A DNA stretch of 64,000 bases from NCBI GenBank assembly GCA_000993405.1, contig LBWB01000005.1, forward strand, positions 3,698 to 67,697. Reading direction: 5' to 3'. Below, one piece after another: positions 17,811 through 28,155 of the stretch. The position numbers and the translations under genes are program-made. The notes under the pieces are model-generated. The model saw nothing but the letters and a program-made list of their open reading frames with translations. It was not told the origin of the DNA and did not search any database. Each line of letters begins with the position of its first letter. Within the stretch, counting starts at the first letter, position 1. This DNA is from Candidatus Woesebacteria bacterium GW2011_GWB1_39_12. GTDB lineage: Bacteria > Patescibacteriota > Microgenomatia > UBA8517.

Positions 17811-19346
17811 ATGAAGAATAAAGTTTATTATCCGTTTATTCTCGCGTTGTTTCCTGTTTTCTTTCTTTATTCCTTTAACGTAGGCGAGGTAAAGTTTAGT
17901 GAAATTTTGCCGTCTTTATTTACTGTTTTAGGATTTAGCCTTTTTTTGTATTTAGTTTTTTACCTGATATTCAAAAAAAGTAGTGAGAAGTCGGCGCTTG
18001 CAACTTTCTTTATTCTTTTTCTAATCTTTTCTTATGGTCATATAGCAAGCGTAGTCTATCCGTTTCATAAGGATTATTATCAAATAAGCGATTTGTATCT
18101 AATAACCCTTTGGATAGTTTTAATTGCTCTTGTTATCTTTTGGGTTGGCCAGCTCAAGAAGGACTTAAAAAGGATCAATGTTTTTTTGAGCTTAGTCAGT
18201 TTAGTGCTGATTATTTTTCCTTTAGTTAATATTGGTTTCTTTCAGTTAAAAAATTCTCTAAATCAAAAAAAGTCAGAGATGCGAACTCCCCAAAAGACGC
18301 TTGAAGCGGGGGGAGAAAGTCTGGTGCAGAATGAAAACTTGCCTGATATTTATTACATAATCTTGGATAGATATGCGAGTAAAGAAATTTTGAAAGAAAG
18401 ATATGGCTTTGACAACAGCAAATTCATAAGAGATCTTCGCTCAAAAGGGTTTTATGTAGCCGAAAAATCATTTGCAAATTATCCAAAGACTGCTCATTCC
18501 TTGGCTTCGTCTTTAAACATGGACTATCTGAATTTTGGGTCAGAATCAGGTAATAATTGGAGGCCTATTTTTGATATGCTTAAAGACTATAAAGCCTGGA
18601 GTTTGTTGAAAGAAAGAGGTTATAAATTTATTCATATGGGTTCTTGGTGGCAACCAACTAGTGAGAATTCTTATGCAGACGAGAATATTAACATATATCC
18701 TCTGCCGGAGTTTTCGCTTGTCCTTTATAAGACTACTTTTTTTTATCCTCTGGGTAAAATTGCGGGTATTTTTAATGAAAGACTTATTCAATATCAGAGA
18801 GTTAAACTACAATTCGAGAAGCTGGAGAGTATTTCTCAGGATTCCGATCCTACTTTCGTCTTTGTGCACTTCTTGGTTCCTCATGACCCATATGTATTCA
18901 ACGAAGATGGAAGTTTTGTTTCCGAGACAGAGGAGACAAGAACAAGCGAGAATGACAAGTACATAAATCAGGTAAAGTTTGTTAACTCCAAGCTTATTAA
19001 CTTTATTGATAAAACTTTAAACGGACAGAGTAAATCTATAATTATTTTGCAAAGCGACGAAGGTCCGCATCCTGAAAGACACGAGCTTGACCCCTTGGGA
19101 TTTAATTGGAATGAGGCAACAAACGAGGAGCTCAAGCTTAAAATGGGGATATTTAATGCCTACCTTTTTCCGGGTGTTGACAAAAGTGTGTTTTATTCAA
19201 GTATTACCCCGGTTAATTCATTTAGACTTTTATTCAATAGTTATTTTGGGACAGACTATGATATTTTGGAAGACAGAGCCTTTGTCTTCGAGGATTACAA
19301 CCACCCTTTTAAGTTTTACGACGTGACAGACAAATTAAGAAACTAG
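17811..19346 (+). CDS. Membrane-anchored alkaline phosphatase/sulfatase superfamily protein (LTA synthase-like)
   Basis: Multiple N-terminal TM, PDIYYIILDRY, SLASSLN, HFLVPHDPY, IILQSDEG. Confidence 0.8.
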   Translation: MKNKVYYPFILALFPVFFLYSFNVGEVKFSEILPSLFTVLGFSLFLYLVFYLIFKKSSEKSALATFFILFLIFSYGHIASVVYPFHKDYYQISDLYLITLWIVLIALVIFWVGQLKKDLKRINVFLSLVSLVLIIFPLVNIGFFQLKNSLNQKKSEMRTPQKTLEAGGESLVQNENLPDIYYIILDRYASKEILKERYGFDNSKFIRDLRSKGFYVAEKSFANYPKTAHSLASSLNMDYLNFGSESGNNWRPIFDMLKDYKAWSLLKERGYKFIHMGSWWQPTSENSYADENINIYPLPEFSLVLYKTTFFYPLGKIAGIFNERLIQYQRVKLQFEKLESISQDSDPTFVFVHFLVPHDPYVFNEDGSFVSETEETRTSENDKYINQVKFVNSKLINFIDKTLNGQSKSIIILQSDEGPHPERHELDPLGFNWNEATNEELKLKMGIFNAYLFPGVDKSVFYSSITPVNSFRLLFNSYFGTDYDILEDRAFVFEDYNHPFKFYDVTDKLRN

Positions 19347-19349
19347 ACG

Positions 19350-20885
19350 TTAGTACTCGTAGATAGTAGCTTTATCATTTTCAAAAATCTTTTTGAGAAA
19401 TGGGTATCTTAAATTGCTAGCTCCTCCCTTTTTAGTAATTTCCTTTTCCTCGCTTGACCAGACAATATATTTTATTTCTTCTTCTTGCAAGAAGTTTTTT
19501 GCCTCCTCTTCCATCATTTGATTTGCATAAAATTTTGACATTACCTTGATCTTGTCCTGGGAATTTGGAGTCTGATAGTAGTGACCGAAATAGACTCTAC
19601 TACCTGTGTTGGCTGGAATAATATTTCCCATAAAGTATGCAGAAAGAACTCCAACGCCCTTTTTTGTATTTTTATTCAAAAAACTAACTAAATCGTATTC
19701 TTCTTTAGCCACATATGACCAATTACTAATTTCTCCTCCTACCCCAAAGGCCATTGCAAAACGGGCGCTTAGGATAATAAATGTTGTTGTTGGAAGTAGG
19801 ATAACCAGTAAAAAAACAAGGGATTTTTTTCTAGTCTTAAAGAACAAAGAAAAATCCTTTAGCTGGCTAAGAACAAGTAAAGTTGCTGGGAAGAAAAGAG
19901 CTCGAAGGTAATATCGGGCAAATCCTGTCGGCAGATAAGAAAGGATTATACTTAGCAGAAACCAGGTATTTAGAAAAATTAAATGTTCACTCCATTTTCT
20001 TTTTAAAAAAAATTGCATAAGTAAAAATGTGCTTAAAATTCCATATCCCAAAAAAAGTGAGATGGGATTTGGGGTGGGGAGGTTGGGCGAGAAGACACCT
20101 TTAAAAGCCGTTGAGGAGAGAAGGTGTAAGGAATATAGAATACCAGGCGGTAAGCTCAAAGCAATTGGCAGAAAAATATTTTTTATGGGTTGGACGCTTT
20201 TTCTTTTTCTGGCAAGGAACAATGCGTAAATAAAAAAGATAAGATAAAAACTTAGAAGATAAAAGGGATAAATAAAGGCAAGTACGCCTAGTGCTAACCC
20301 ACTTAGTGAAAGGTATTTAAGAGAATTCCTCTTTTGTCCTAGGAAGTAGAAAGAAAGAGATATTAAATAAAATGAAATAGCTAGCGCTTCATGAGCGCGT
20401 TGAAAAGTTGAGGCAAAAGTGAATGGAGTCATGGTGATATCAGGAAGAAATACCTTTGGATAAAATAGCCAGCCGAATCCTCCTGCAAGAGGAATTAAAA
20501 ATAAAGCTGCGTTGATGCCTTTCCGTTTGAGAAAAGCTTGCGAAACCCGATAGATGGTTAGCATTAAAACACCTCCAGCAATAACTGTTGAGATATTAAA
20601 TATCAGGAAAGGATTAGTAGACGGAAATAAGACCCCCAAAAGTGTATAAAGAGGATAAAGGACTATTGGTTTATGGGGCATGGTTGTATAAGCGTTTTGG
20701 AATTTAAGTCCGTGGGTTTGCGACCAGCGGATTGCCGAAACATAGACGTTTATATCCCAGGGATCAAACCATGAAACTTGTCCCAAATAAACTTTATCTT
20801 TTGGCGGATTTATATATCCGTAAAAGTTTGGGAAGTTATATAGGAATAAAACCAACAATGTTATTAAAATTGCCCCCCGCTTCAT
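19350..20885 (-). CDS. Multi-TM protein, probable GT-C glycosyltransferase
   Basis: Many TM segments, DPWDINVY first-loop acidic motif, C-terminal IPANTGSRVYFGH. Confidence 0.6.
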   Translation of the reverse strand: MKRGAILITLLVLFLYNFPNFYGYINPPKDKVYLGQVSWFDPWDINVYVSAIRWSQTHGLKFQNAYTTMPHKPIVLYPLYTLLGVLFPSTNPFLIFNISTVIAGGVLMLTIYRVSQAFLKRKGINAALFLIPLAGGFGWLFYPKVFLPDITMTPFTFASTFQRAHEALAISFYLISLSFYFLGQKRNSLKYLSLSGLALGVLAFIYPFYLLSFYLIFFIYALFLARKRKSVQPIKNIFLPIALSLPPGILYSLHLLSSTAFKGVFSPNLPTPNPISLFLGYGILSTFLLMQFFLKRKWSEHLIFLNTWFLLSIILSYLPTGFARYYLRALFFPATLLVLSQLKDFSLFFKTRKKSLVFLLVILLPTTTFIILSARFAMAFGVGGEISNWSYVAKEEYDLVSFLNKNTKKGVGVLSAYFMGNIIPANTGSRVYFGHYYQTPNSQDKIKVMSKFYANQMMEEEAKNFLQEEEIKYIVWSSEEKEITKKGGASNLRYPFLKKIFENDKATIYEY

Positions 20886-20925
20886 ACTGGTAAAATTGTA
20901 AACTAAGCTAACGACATATTACCAG

Positions 20926-22551
20926 TTGAGAAATCTGAAAAAGGTTATGCTTACGAGAAAATTTAGAGGTTTTGCGGACAGGAAATTATTTCTGTTTTTT
21001 TGGGTCCTTTTATTCATAGCTTTTTGTTCAAAGGCGTTTATCTTCTTGGACCCGGATTTTGGTTGGAGGATAAAGGCCGGAGAAATTTATTTAAATTCCG
21101 GCATTCCTGAAACTGACCCCTTTTCATATACAATGTCCGCTTTTCCTTGGGTGGATCACGCCTGGAGTCAGTCGCTTCTTTTTTATTTTATATATTCAAA
21201 GCTTGGTTATTTTGGGCTAGCGCTTCTCGAATCACTTCTTGCGATTTTGGGTCTTTATTTAATTTCTTTTAGCTTTGGTAAGCCAATTTTGAGTAAAGAA
21301 ATTCTCAAAAATCTGGGATTTTATATAAATACGAGGTTTTTAAAACCTTTCTTTTTTGAATTGTCTTACGAAAAGCTGGGGCTATTCTTAAGTTTCCCTG
21401 TTCTTTTAGGGGCCTCAATATTTTTTACCTTTTTTGGTATTCGAGCCCAAACAGTCAGCTGGCTAATGATGTCCTTTTTGGTTCTTATTCTCTTTAAATC
21501 AAATTTGGGAAAAGCCAAATATATTATTCCACCACTTTTTCTTTTCTGGGCCAATCTTCACGGAAGTTTTTTGATGGGTCTAACCACATTTTTTATTTTT
21601 TTATTTTTAAAATCTGTAAGAACCAAAAAAGCGTTGATTAGCGAATGGACAATTTTAATTGTAAGCATTTTGCTAACATTTATTAACCCTTATGAAGGTG
21701 GAATTTGGAAAGAGGCATTTTCTTCCATTTCAGATACAAAACTTCGTTTTAGCATAGTCGAGTGGATGCCGGCACTTATGATGCTTGACTTGGCAATAGT
21801 TTCTTTTATAGGAATTTCGTTCAGTCTTTTTGTGAAATATAGGAAGAAGCTAAGGCTCGAGGAAACCGGATTATATATATTCTTTTTGACCTCGGCATTA
21901 CTGTCAAGAAGACACCTGCCTTTATTTGTAATTATTGCTATTCCGGTTACGGTTAAGACAATCAATTTTCTTTTGGAAGATGCAAAGAAAGTAAAGAAAG
22001 GGCAAGAGAGATTTACAAAGTTTTATAAAACGCTCTGGTTAACCAGCCTTATAATTTTCTTTATCCAAGCCATTTTTGCATTTCGTGAGGCTGGTTACTT
22101 AGGCTATGGCGGTTTTTATCCAAAGGAGGCCGTTTCTTATCTAAATGAAAATTTGCCTCGAGGTGAGATTTTCTCAGAATATGGTTGGGGGGGATATTTA
22201 ATTTGGAAATTGCCGCAAAAAAAAGTATTTGTTGATGGCAGAATGCCATCTTGGAGATGGGACGAGCCAGATAATGCTGGATTAACTTCAGCCTTTGATA
22301 CTTATAACGAAGTACTGTCGGGGAAGGTTGACTATAGAAAAGTATTTGAAAGATATGATGTCGAAGTTGTACTTTGGAGTAAACCTAAAGAAGAAGACAA
22401 ACTGGATGATCTGACCGAGAAACTTGAAGGGTTCCTTTCGGTTTTCGGATGGGAGACAAGCGATTTTGATCTTTTGCAGGCTTTAGAGCAAGATGGTTGG
22501 GTGAAAGTATACGAAGATGAAGTGGCGGTTTTATATAAAAGCCCTCGTTAA
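20926..22551 (+). CDS. Multi-TM protein, probable GT-C glycosyltransferase (start may be ATG 20947)
   Basis: DPDFGWRIKAG..DPFSYT..WVDHAW, WANLHGSF, YGWGGYLIW..VFVDGR. Confidence 0.65.
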   Translation: MRNLKKVMLTRKFRGFADRKLFLFFWVLLFIAFCSKAFIFLDPDFGWRIKAGEIYLNSGIPETDPFSYTMSAFPWVDHAWSQSLLFYFIYSKLGYFGLALLESLLAILGLYLISFSFGKPILSKEILKNLGFYINTRFLKPFFFELSYEKLGLFLSFPVLLGASIFFTFFGIRAQTVSWLMMSFLVLILFKSNLGKAKYIIPPLFLFWANLHGSFLMGLTTFFIFLFLKSVRTKKALISEWTILIVSILLTFINPYEGGIWKEAFSSISDTKLRFSIVEWMPALMMLDLAIVSFIGISFSLFVKYRKKLRLEETGLYIFFLTSALLSRRHLPLFVIIAIPVTVKTINFLLEDAKKVKKGQERFTKFYKTLWLTSLIIFFIQAIFAFREAGYLGYGGFYPKEAVSYLNENLPRGEIFSEYGWGGYLIWKLPQKKVFVDGRMPSWRWDEPDNAGLTSAFDTYNEVLSGKVDYRKVFERYDVEVVLWSKPKEEDKLDDLTEKLEGFLSVFGWETSDFDLLQALEQDGWVKVYEDEVAVLYKSPR

Positions 22552-22593
22552 TTTTCATCCTTTCTTCGGTTTTATTTGATATAATGAAATAAG

Positions 22594-24393
22594 ATGGCAG
22601 ATCAGGTTGATGAGGTAAAGTCAAAAATAGATATAGTATCTTTAATTTCTGAGTACGTTGAGCTTAAGCGCGCGGGCAGAAATTATAAAGCTTTATGCCC
22701 TTTTCACTCCGAAAAGTCCCCTTCGTTTATGGTTTCACCCGAACTCCAGATTTTCAAATGTTTTGGGTGTCAAAAAGGTGGCGATGCTATAACCTTTTTA
22801 CAAGAATATGAAGGAATGGATTTTCCCGAAGCCTTAAAATTTTTAGCCGAAAGGGTTGGGGTAAAGCTTATTAGAGAAAATTTTGTCGGTAAAGACAATA
22901 AAGAAAGGTTATATGAAATAAATTCTCTCGCGTCTCGCTTCTACCATTATATTTTACTCAATCACAATGCAGGGAAAATTGCTCTTGATTATTTAAAAAA
23001 TGAGCGGGGGGTAAAGCTTGATACGATAAAAACTTTCCAGATAGGTTATTCTCCCGATACCCCTCTTGCTTTTAAGAAATATTTAGTGGAAAAGAAAAAA
23101 ATTTCACTGAAGGAACTGGAGAAGGTAGGACTTATTTATAGCAAAAATGGAGTTGCTTTTGATAGATTTCGGGGAAGGATTATTTTTCCTTTACACGACC
23201 ACAGAGGTAATATTGTTGGTTTTTCGGGCAGAGTTCTTCCGGAAGCACGTAATGATATTGCAAAATATATTAATTCGCCCGAGACCGAAATTTATCACAA
23301 GTCAAAAATTCTTTTTGGCTTACAGTTTACAAAAGGCGAGATTAAAAAAGAAAAAGAAGCTGTTATTGTGGAAGGAGAGCTCGACGCCATCTCGTCGTGG
23401 CAAGTCGGAATAAAAAATATTGTTGCGATTAAAGGTTCGGCACTAACCGATGAGCAGGTAAGACTTTTGGGTAGATTTACTCAAAAACTGATCTTGGCGC
23501 TTGACACCGATTTTGCAGGCAATGAGGCAGCGAGGCGCGGATTTGAAACTGCCGAGAAGCTAGGTTTTGATATCAAGGTTGCAAAACTTTATGGATTCAA
23601 AGATCCGGATGAGGCTGCTCGCAAGGATCCCGAGAAGCTAAAGGAAAGTTTGACAAAAGCAAAAGACGTCTGGGATTTTATTATCGACTTAATATTTGAG
23701 CGTTATCCGAGCCTAAACGGAAGCGATAAGGCAAAAATAAGTAGGGAAATAATTCCGATACTCTCGGACATAAAGGATAAAATTGTTCAAGCTCATTATA
23801 TAGACATTGTGGCTAGAAAACTTGGAGTTTCTTTGGAAGTCGTTTCAGAACAAGTGAATAAGGTTGTTGGGGAAGAAGTTGAAAAACCGAAGCTTGAGAT
23901 ATTAGTAAAGCCCCAAGCGAAAATGCGGCGTGAGCTTTTAGAAGAGAGATTCTTGGCAATCGTCTTTCGCTATGATCCCAGAATTCTTCTTAAGAATACG
24001 CGACTTATCAAGTTAATACAAACGCCTTTGGCAAAAAGAATTGTAGAGGAGTTTAAATCTTTTTCTAAAAAGCATGCTGACTTTGATCCATCACTTTTTG
24101 CCTCTTTACTGCCGGGTGAACTTGTCGACGGCTACGTTGATTTGATACTAAAGGATATAAAAGGCTTGGATCCTGAAAATCCTGAGAGAATGGAAAAAGA
24201 GATTGTTCTTATCGAGAAGGAGTTAAGCGTACTTGATGTCAAAGAAAAGCTGGAAGAAGTTTCATTACAGATTGGCGATTTGGAGGAATTGAAAGACCTG
24301 AAGATGGTAAAAAGGAAGGAAGAAGAATTTGGGGAATTAACAAAAAAGCTAAATGAACTTGAGCACAAGAATTTTAAGGGTATAATTCTTTAG
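22594..24393 (+). CDS. dnaG: DNA primase
   Basis: CPFHSEKSPSF..CFGC zinc finger, KYINSPET, VEGELD, DTDFAG, KDPDE. Confidence 0.97.
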   Translation: MADQVDEVKSKIDIVSLISEYVELKRAGRNYKALCPFHSEKSPSFMVSPELQIFKCFGCQKGGDAITFLQEYEGMDFPEALKFLAERVGVKLIRENFVGKDNKERLYEINSLASRFYHYILLNHNAGKIALDYLKNERGVKLDTIKTFQIGYSPDTPLAFKKYLVEKKKISLKELEKVGLIYSKNGVAFDRFRGRIIFPLHDHRGNIVGFSGRVLPEARNDIAKYINSPETEIYHKSKILFGLQFTKGEIKKEKEAVIVEGELDAISSWQVGIKNIVAIKGSALTDEQVRLLGRFTQKLILALDTDFAGNEAARRGFETAEKLGFDIKVAKLYGFKDPDEAARKDPEKLKESLTKAKDVWDFIIDLIFERYPSLNGSDKAKISREIIPILSDIKDKIVQAHYIDIVARKLGVSLEVVSEQVNKVVGEEVEKPKLEILVKPQAKMRRELLEERFLAIVFRYDPRILLKNTRLIKLIQTPLAKRIVEEFKSFSKKHADFDPSLFASLLPGELVDGYVDLILKDIKGLDPENPERMEKEIVLIEKELSVLDVKEKLEEVSLQIGDLEELKDLKMVKRKEEEFGELTKKLNELEHKNFKGIIL

Positions 24394-24397
24394 TGAC

Positions 24398-25367
24398 ATG
24401 GCAAAGAAAGAGACAGCTGATTTAATTAAAAAAGGAAGAGACCAGGGTTTTCTAACTCAAGATGATATATTGGAGGTTTTTCCCAACGCAGAAGAAAACT
24501 TGACCGAGCTTGACGATCTTTATGACAAACTCTTGGCAGAAAGCATTGACGTATTTGAGTCGGTTGAAGCTGAAGAAATGGATTCCGATGAGAAAGCGAA
24601 AGAAAAGCTCGAGCGGGAAATTGAGATTTTATCAAAGCTGGGTGGCGCCGAATCAACCGATCCGGTCTCAGTCAAATCTTCGTCTGGTCGTTTCAATAGC
24701 CAAAAAATATATCGGCCGCGGGCTATCTCTTCTTGATCTTATCCAAGAAGGTAATCAGGGTTTAATAAGAGCGGTTGAAAAATATGATTGGAGAAAAGGT
24801 TTTAAATTTTCTACTTATGCTACCTGGTGGATTCGTCAGGCAATAACCCGGGCGATTGCAGATCAGGCTCGAACCATAAGAATTCCGGTACACATGGTTG
24901 AGACGATTAATAAACTTTATAGAATCAGCAGGCGTCTGATGCAAGAGTTGGGTCGGGAACCGACCGCCGAAGAGATCGCAGAAGAGGCGGAACTGGATGC
25001 CGACAGAGTTAGGGAAATTTTTAAAATTGCCCAGGAAGTAACCTCGCTCGAGGCTCCTGTCGGAGAGGACCAGGAGAGTTTCCTGGGAGATTTTATTCCT
25101 GATGAAAGCCAGCTTTCTCCGGTTGATGCCGCATCAAAACAACTCTTGAAGAATCATCTCGACGAGGTTTTGGCGACTCTTTCTGACAGGGAAGCGAGGG
25201 TTTTAAAGTTAAGATTTGGTCTGGAGGGAAATAAGCAAATGACTTTGGAAGAGGTTGGGAAGGTTTTCGGGGTAACCCGTGAGCGCATTCGTCAAATTGA
25301 AGCAAAAGCACTGCGTAAGCTAAAGCATCCCAGTCGACGAAAGAAACTTCAGGATTATTTGGAGTAA
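24398..25367 (+). pseudogene. rpoD: Primary sigma factor RpoD, interrupted at ~24667 by an internal deletion plus frameshift (possibly an assembly error)
   Basis: Frame 1 gives region 1.1 up to STDPV; frame 2 resumes [35 protein letters not shown]; the YLREIG..LL..EE part of region 1.2 is absent. Confidence 0.85.
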
Positions 25368-25370
25368 CCT

Positions 25371-26501
25371 TTGCCAAGTAGTAAACTGACTAAGATGCCT
25401 GCCTTTATTAAAAGATTTCTTTTGGTTTTGTTGTTTGCACTTTCATTTTCTACCGGTCTTTTTGCGAGTTATTTTTACTTAAACTTTTCCAAAGTTTTTA
25501 TTAAAACTCCCAAAGATGTTTCGCTTGAAGATAACGCTTCTAGCAATTTACCTGACGGAACATACAACATTCTTTTATTAGGCTACGGAGGAGCAGGACA
25601 CGACGGCGGGAATTTGTCCGATGTAATCATTGTCGTAAACATTAATCCCGAAAGAAAAAAGTTGACCTTGATATCAATTCCTAGGGATCTGTGGGTCGAA
25701 ATACCGGTACGGTCCGATATAAAGGAAAAATATAAAATTAATGCGGCCTATGCAATTGGAAGTGACGATAAAAAGTACCCCCTTAAAGAACCACAATATA
25801 AAGGCGAAACTGGCGCCGGTGTAATGGCCAAAAAGGTAGTTACAGAATCGATTGGTTTGCCAATTCACTATTTTCTAGCAGTGGATTTTGAAAGTTTTAA
25901 AAAGATAGTTGATACTTTGGGAGAGATAGAGGTTGATGTTCCTGTAACATTTGATGATTACTTTTACCCGATAAAAGGGCGGGAAAACGATACCTGCGGA
26001 AAGTCGGCAGCAGAAATTGCCAGACTTCATGGGCTTTATTCAGACACAGAACTTCATCACCAGTTTGAGTGTCGTTATGAACATATCCATTTTGATTCAG
26101 GCAAAGTAAAAATGGATGGCGAGACCTCTTTAAAATTCGTCCGCTCCCGGGCGTCGGCCCAGCATGGAGGAGACTTTGCCAGAAGTCAACGCCAGCAGGC
26201 AGTTTTGGTGGCTATGAAAAGTAAACTTATTTCAATTTATGCGGCCAGAAAGATTGATGAGCTGTTTAATGAGTTTGGAAATCTGGTTAGGACTGATTTG
26301 GACACTTCAGCAGTAAAAGATTTGTCAAAAATTTTGGGAAAGCCTGAAGATTATAAAATTTCTTTTATAGGGCTTAACGAAGACAATGTTCTGCTTGCTT
26401 CAAAAAGTCTGGACGGCCAGTTTATATTAATACCCAAGGAGGGCGAGGGAGTATTGACAGGAGTGCACAAATTTATATTCGATGAATTGAATAAAAACTA
26501 A
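25371..26501 (+). CDS. LytR-CpsA-Psr (LCP) family glycopolymer transferase
   Basis: NILLLG..SDVI..ISIPRDLWV..KINAAY..FVRSR..DFARSQRQQ. Confidence 0.92.
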   Translation: MPSSKLTKMPAFIKRFLLVLLFALSFSTGLFASYFYLNFSKVFIKTPKDVSLEDNASSNLPDGTYNILLLGYGGAGHDGGNLSDVIIVVNINPERKKLTLISIPRDLWVEIPVRSDIKEKYKINAAYAIGSDDKKYPLKEPQYKGETGAGVMAKKVVTESIGLPIHYFLAVDFESFKKIVDTLGEIEVDVPVTFDDYFYPIKGRENDTCGKSAAEIARLHGLYSDTELHHQFECRYEHIHFDSGKVKMDGETSLKFVRSRASAQHGGDFARSQRQQAVLVAMKSKLISIYAARKIDELFNEFGNLVRTDLDTSAVKDLSKILGKPEDYKISFIGLNEDNVLLASKSLDGQFILIPKEGEGVLTGVHKFIFDELNKN

Positions 26502-26514
26502 AGAGACACTTCAC

Positions 26515-26637
26515 TTAGCGTAATTTTTTCAAAAGAAAAACACCGAGTAAAACCAGGTCGACAAAAACTACAACCCATGTAAGAAATCCAAGAAAACCAT
26601 ATCCATTCATCATTCCTGAATATCCCCATCCCATCAT
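26515..26637 (-). CDS. 40-aa single-TM small protein, not in ORF track
   Basis: MMGWGYSGMMNGYGFLGFLTWVVVFVDLVLLGVFLLKKLR*; GGAGGTG SD and TGcTATACT promoter upstream. Confidence 0.7.
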   Translation of the reverse strand: MMGWGYSGMMNGYGFLGFLTWVVVFVDLVLLGVFLLKKLR

Positions 26638-26709
26638 ATCTATCACCTCCAAAACTGGCCAGCGGCCTAAATTAAGTATAGCAGAAGATTAGGAAATTAT
26701 GTGTTACTT

Positions 26710-27090
26710 TTACATAGATGCCTGGAGCATGCCGACGCGGTTGCCTTCGGTGTCTTTAAGCATGATAAATTTCCCGATACCTGGGATATCCATCACCTTA
26801 CCAACTATTTTTCCACCCGACTTTTTGACAATTTCTATGTGTTTTTCGAGATTGTCTACCGAGATTACCAAATGTGGCGTGTTACCGTATGGGCCTTTTG
26901 GATAAAAGCCTCCGTTTATTGCACCTTTCTTTTTGTGCATTTGGTTTTTGTCCACCGGAGAAGTAGTTGCCAAAACATAACTTCCCATTTTGGGGAGGTA
27001 CTGCATATCCCACCCAAAAACGTTCGAATAAAATTTACTTAACCGTTTGGGATTAGAGTATGGCATCTCGAAGTGGACAACAGGATTCAT
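26710..27090 (-). CDS. VOC/glyoxalase family protein
   Basis: MNPVVHFEM..FYSNVFGW..GAINGG..DTEGNRVG. Confidence 0.88.
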   Translation of the reverse strand: MNPVVHFEMPYSNPKRLSKFYSNVFGWDMQYLPKMGSYVLATTSPVDKNQMHKKKGAINGGFYPKGPYGNTPHLVISVDNLEKHIEIVKKSGGKIVGKVMDIPGIGKFIMLKDTEGNRVGMLQASM

Positions 27091-27143
27091 TTTCGACGTA
27101 AAAGTTATTCTAAATAAATCGATAAGTTTTATCAAGAAGTAAT

Positions 27144-27689
27144 TTAAAGTTTAGTAACATCAGAAAGCTCAACTCTGACCAGTTTTGTCATCTTTTCTGT
27201 TCTCACATATCCAAGAGCATCAACATCTGGGTCATAAAGCTCAACCATATCCTCAACAGGTCGTTCAAAAATTCTTACACCTTTTATTTTTTTGCCAGTA
27301 AACAGAGATTCTTTGAGTTTTTTATAGTCTTCAGGTTCTAAATAAAAGTCTACATCTCCGACTTGATGGCGATAAGGATCTGGCCTTCTTATATAGAGGT
27401 AAGTATAGATGGTTTCCGGCACATCGCCTTTAGCTGGAATAACAATTGGTTTAAGTAGGCGGAAATACTTTTGATTCCAGTTATCAGATGCTTCTGTCAT
27501 TTCCTTGCGCAGTTTGGTGAGAAAATTGAATTCATCGTCATAATGACAAAATATACCAATATTTCCGGCGTTTTGAAGATAATGTCCAAACGTTTGTTTG
27601 CAAAGTTTATAACATTCGAAATGAACATGCTTGATAGCTTCAAACAACTTTTCTTTGCTTTTTATTGGACTGAATCGGTACAGTTTCAT
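27144..27689 (-). CDS. Conserved hypothetical protein
   Basis: 181-aa ORF; TATACT 6 nt upstream of ATG. Confidence 0.7.
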   Translation of the reverse strand: MKLYRFSPIKSKEKLFEAIKHVHFECYKLCKQTFGHYLQNAGNIGIFCHYDDEFNFLTKLRKEMTEASDNWNQKYFRLLKPIVIPAKGDVPETIYTYLYIRRPDPYRHQVGDVDFYLEPEDYKKLKESLFTGKKIKGVRIFERPVEDMVELYDPDVDALGYVRTEKMTKLVRVELSDVTKL

Positions 27690-27695
27690 ACTTGA

Positions 27696-27747
27696 AGTAT
27701 ATCAGTTTCGGGAGAATGTTGAGGCGAATTTACCGAAGCACTCGCTT
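27696..27747 (+). repeat. Cassette-boundary repeat, homologous to 28110-28161
   Basis: TTGAGGCGAATTTACCGAAGCACTCGCTT vs TTGAGGCAAAGTTGACGAAGCGCTCACTT (23/29), with similar upstream flank containing the -10 box of the left gene. Confidence 0.65.
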
Positions 27748-27754
27748 AATAAAG

Positions 27755-28102
27755 CTAGGTCTTGGAGTCTATTTGTCCAAAGTCAAGCGCTATGCAAGGT
27801 TCGTCACCAATTACCCAAGCGTCATGTCCTGATTGAACCTCAAAAGCCTCTCCCGGACCAACAGAGACTTCTTGGCCGTCGGCAGTCCGGGTGCACATTC
27901 GACCTGATATAACATAACCAATATGCGCTTCGGAACTCTTACCGGTCTCCTTCCCTACAAGTTCGGACCATCTCCAACCAGGTAAATATTTCCCTCGACC
28001 AATAAAAACCGAGTCCAGAATTACCACTGTCCGTTCGCTTCCATCCAGAAAAGTCCACGATTTTTCACCGTTATCCAAATTCTTTACAACAATTCCTGTC
28101 AT
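27755..28102 (-). CDS. Cupin domain protein
   Basis: PGWRWSE..HIGYVISGRM..GHDAWVIGDEPC; TATAAT 7 nt upstream of ATG 28102. Confidence 0.85.
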   Translation of the reverse strand: MTGIVVKNLDNGEKSWTFLDGSERTVVILDSVFIGRGKYLPGWRWSELVGKETGKSSEAHIGYVISGRMCTRTADGQEVSVGPGEAFEVQSGHDAWVIGDEPCIALDFGQIDSKT

Positions 28103-28155
28103 ATTTTGGATTATAACAGGTTGGGGGGAAATTTGAGGCAAAGTTGACGAAGCGC

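Noticed and set aside
24398-25367. Programmed frameshift producing full-length RpoD
   Set aside because: No slippery run at the junction, and coding sequence is missing, which frameshifting cannot restore
26699-26728. Additional att-like relic (MCYFYIDAWS)
   Set aside because: Too degenerate and mostly inside the VOC gene's 3' end; cannot be distinguished from chance
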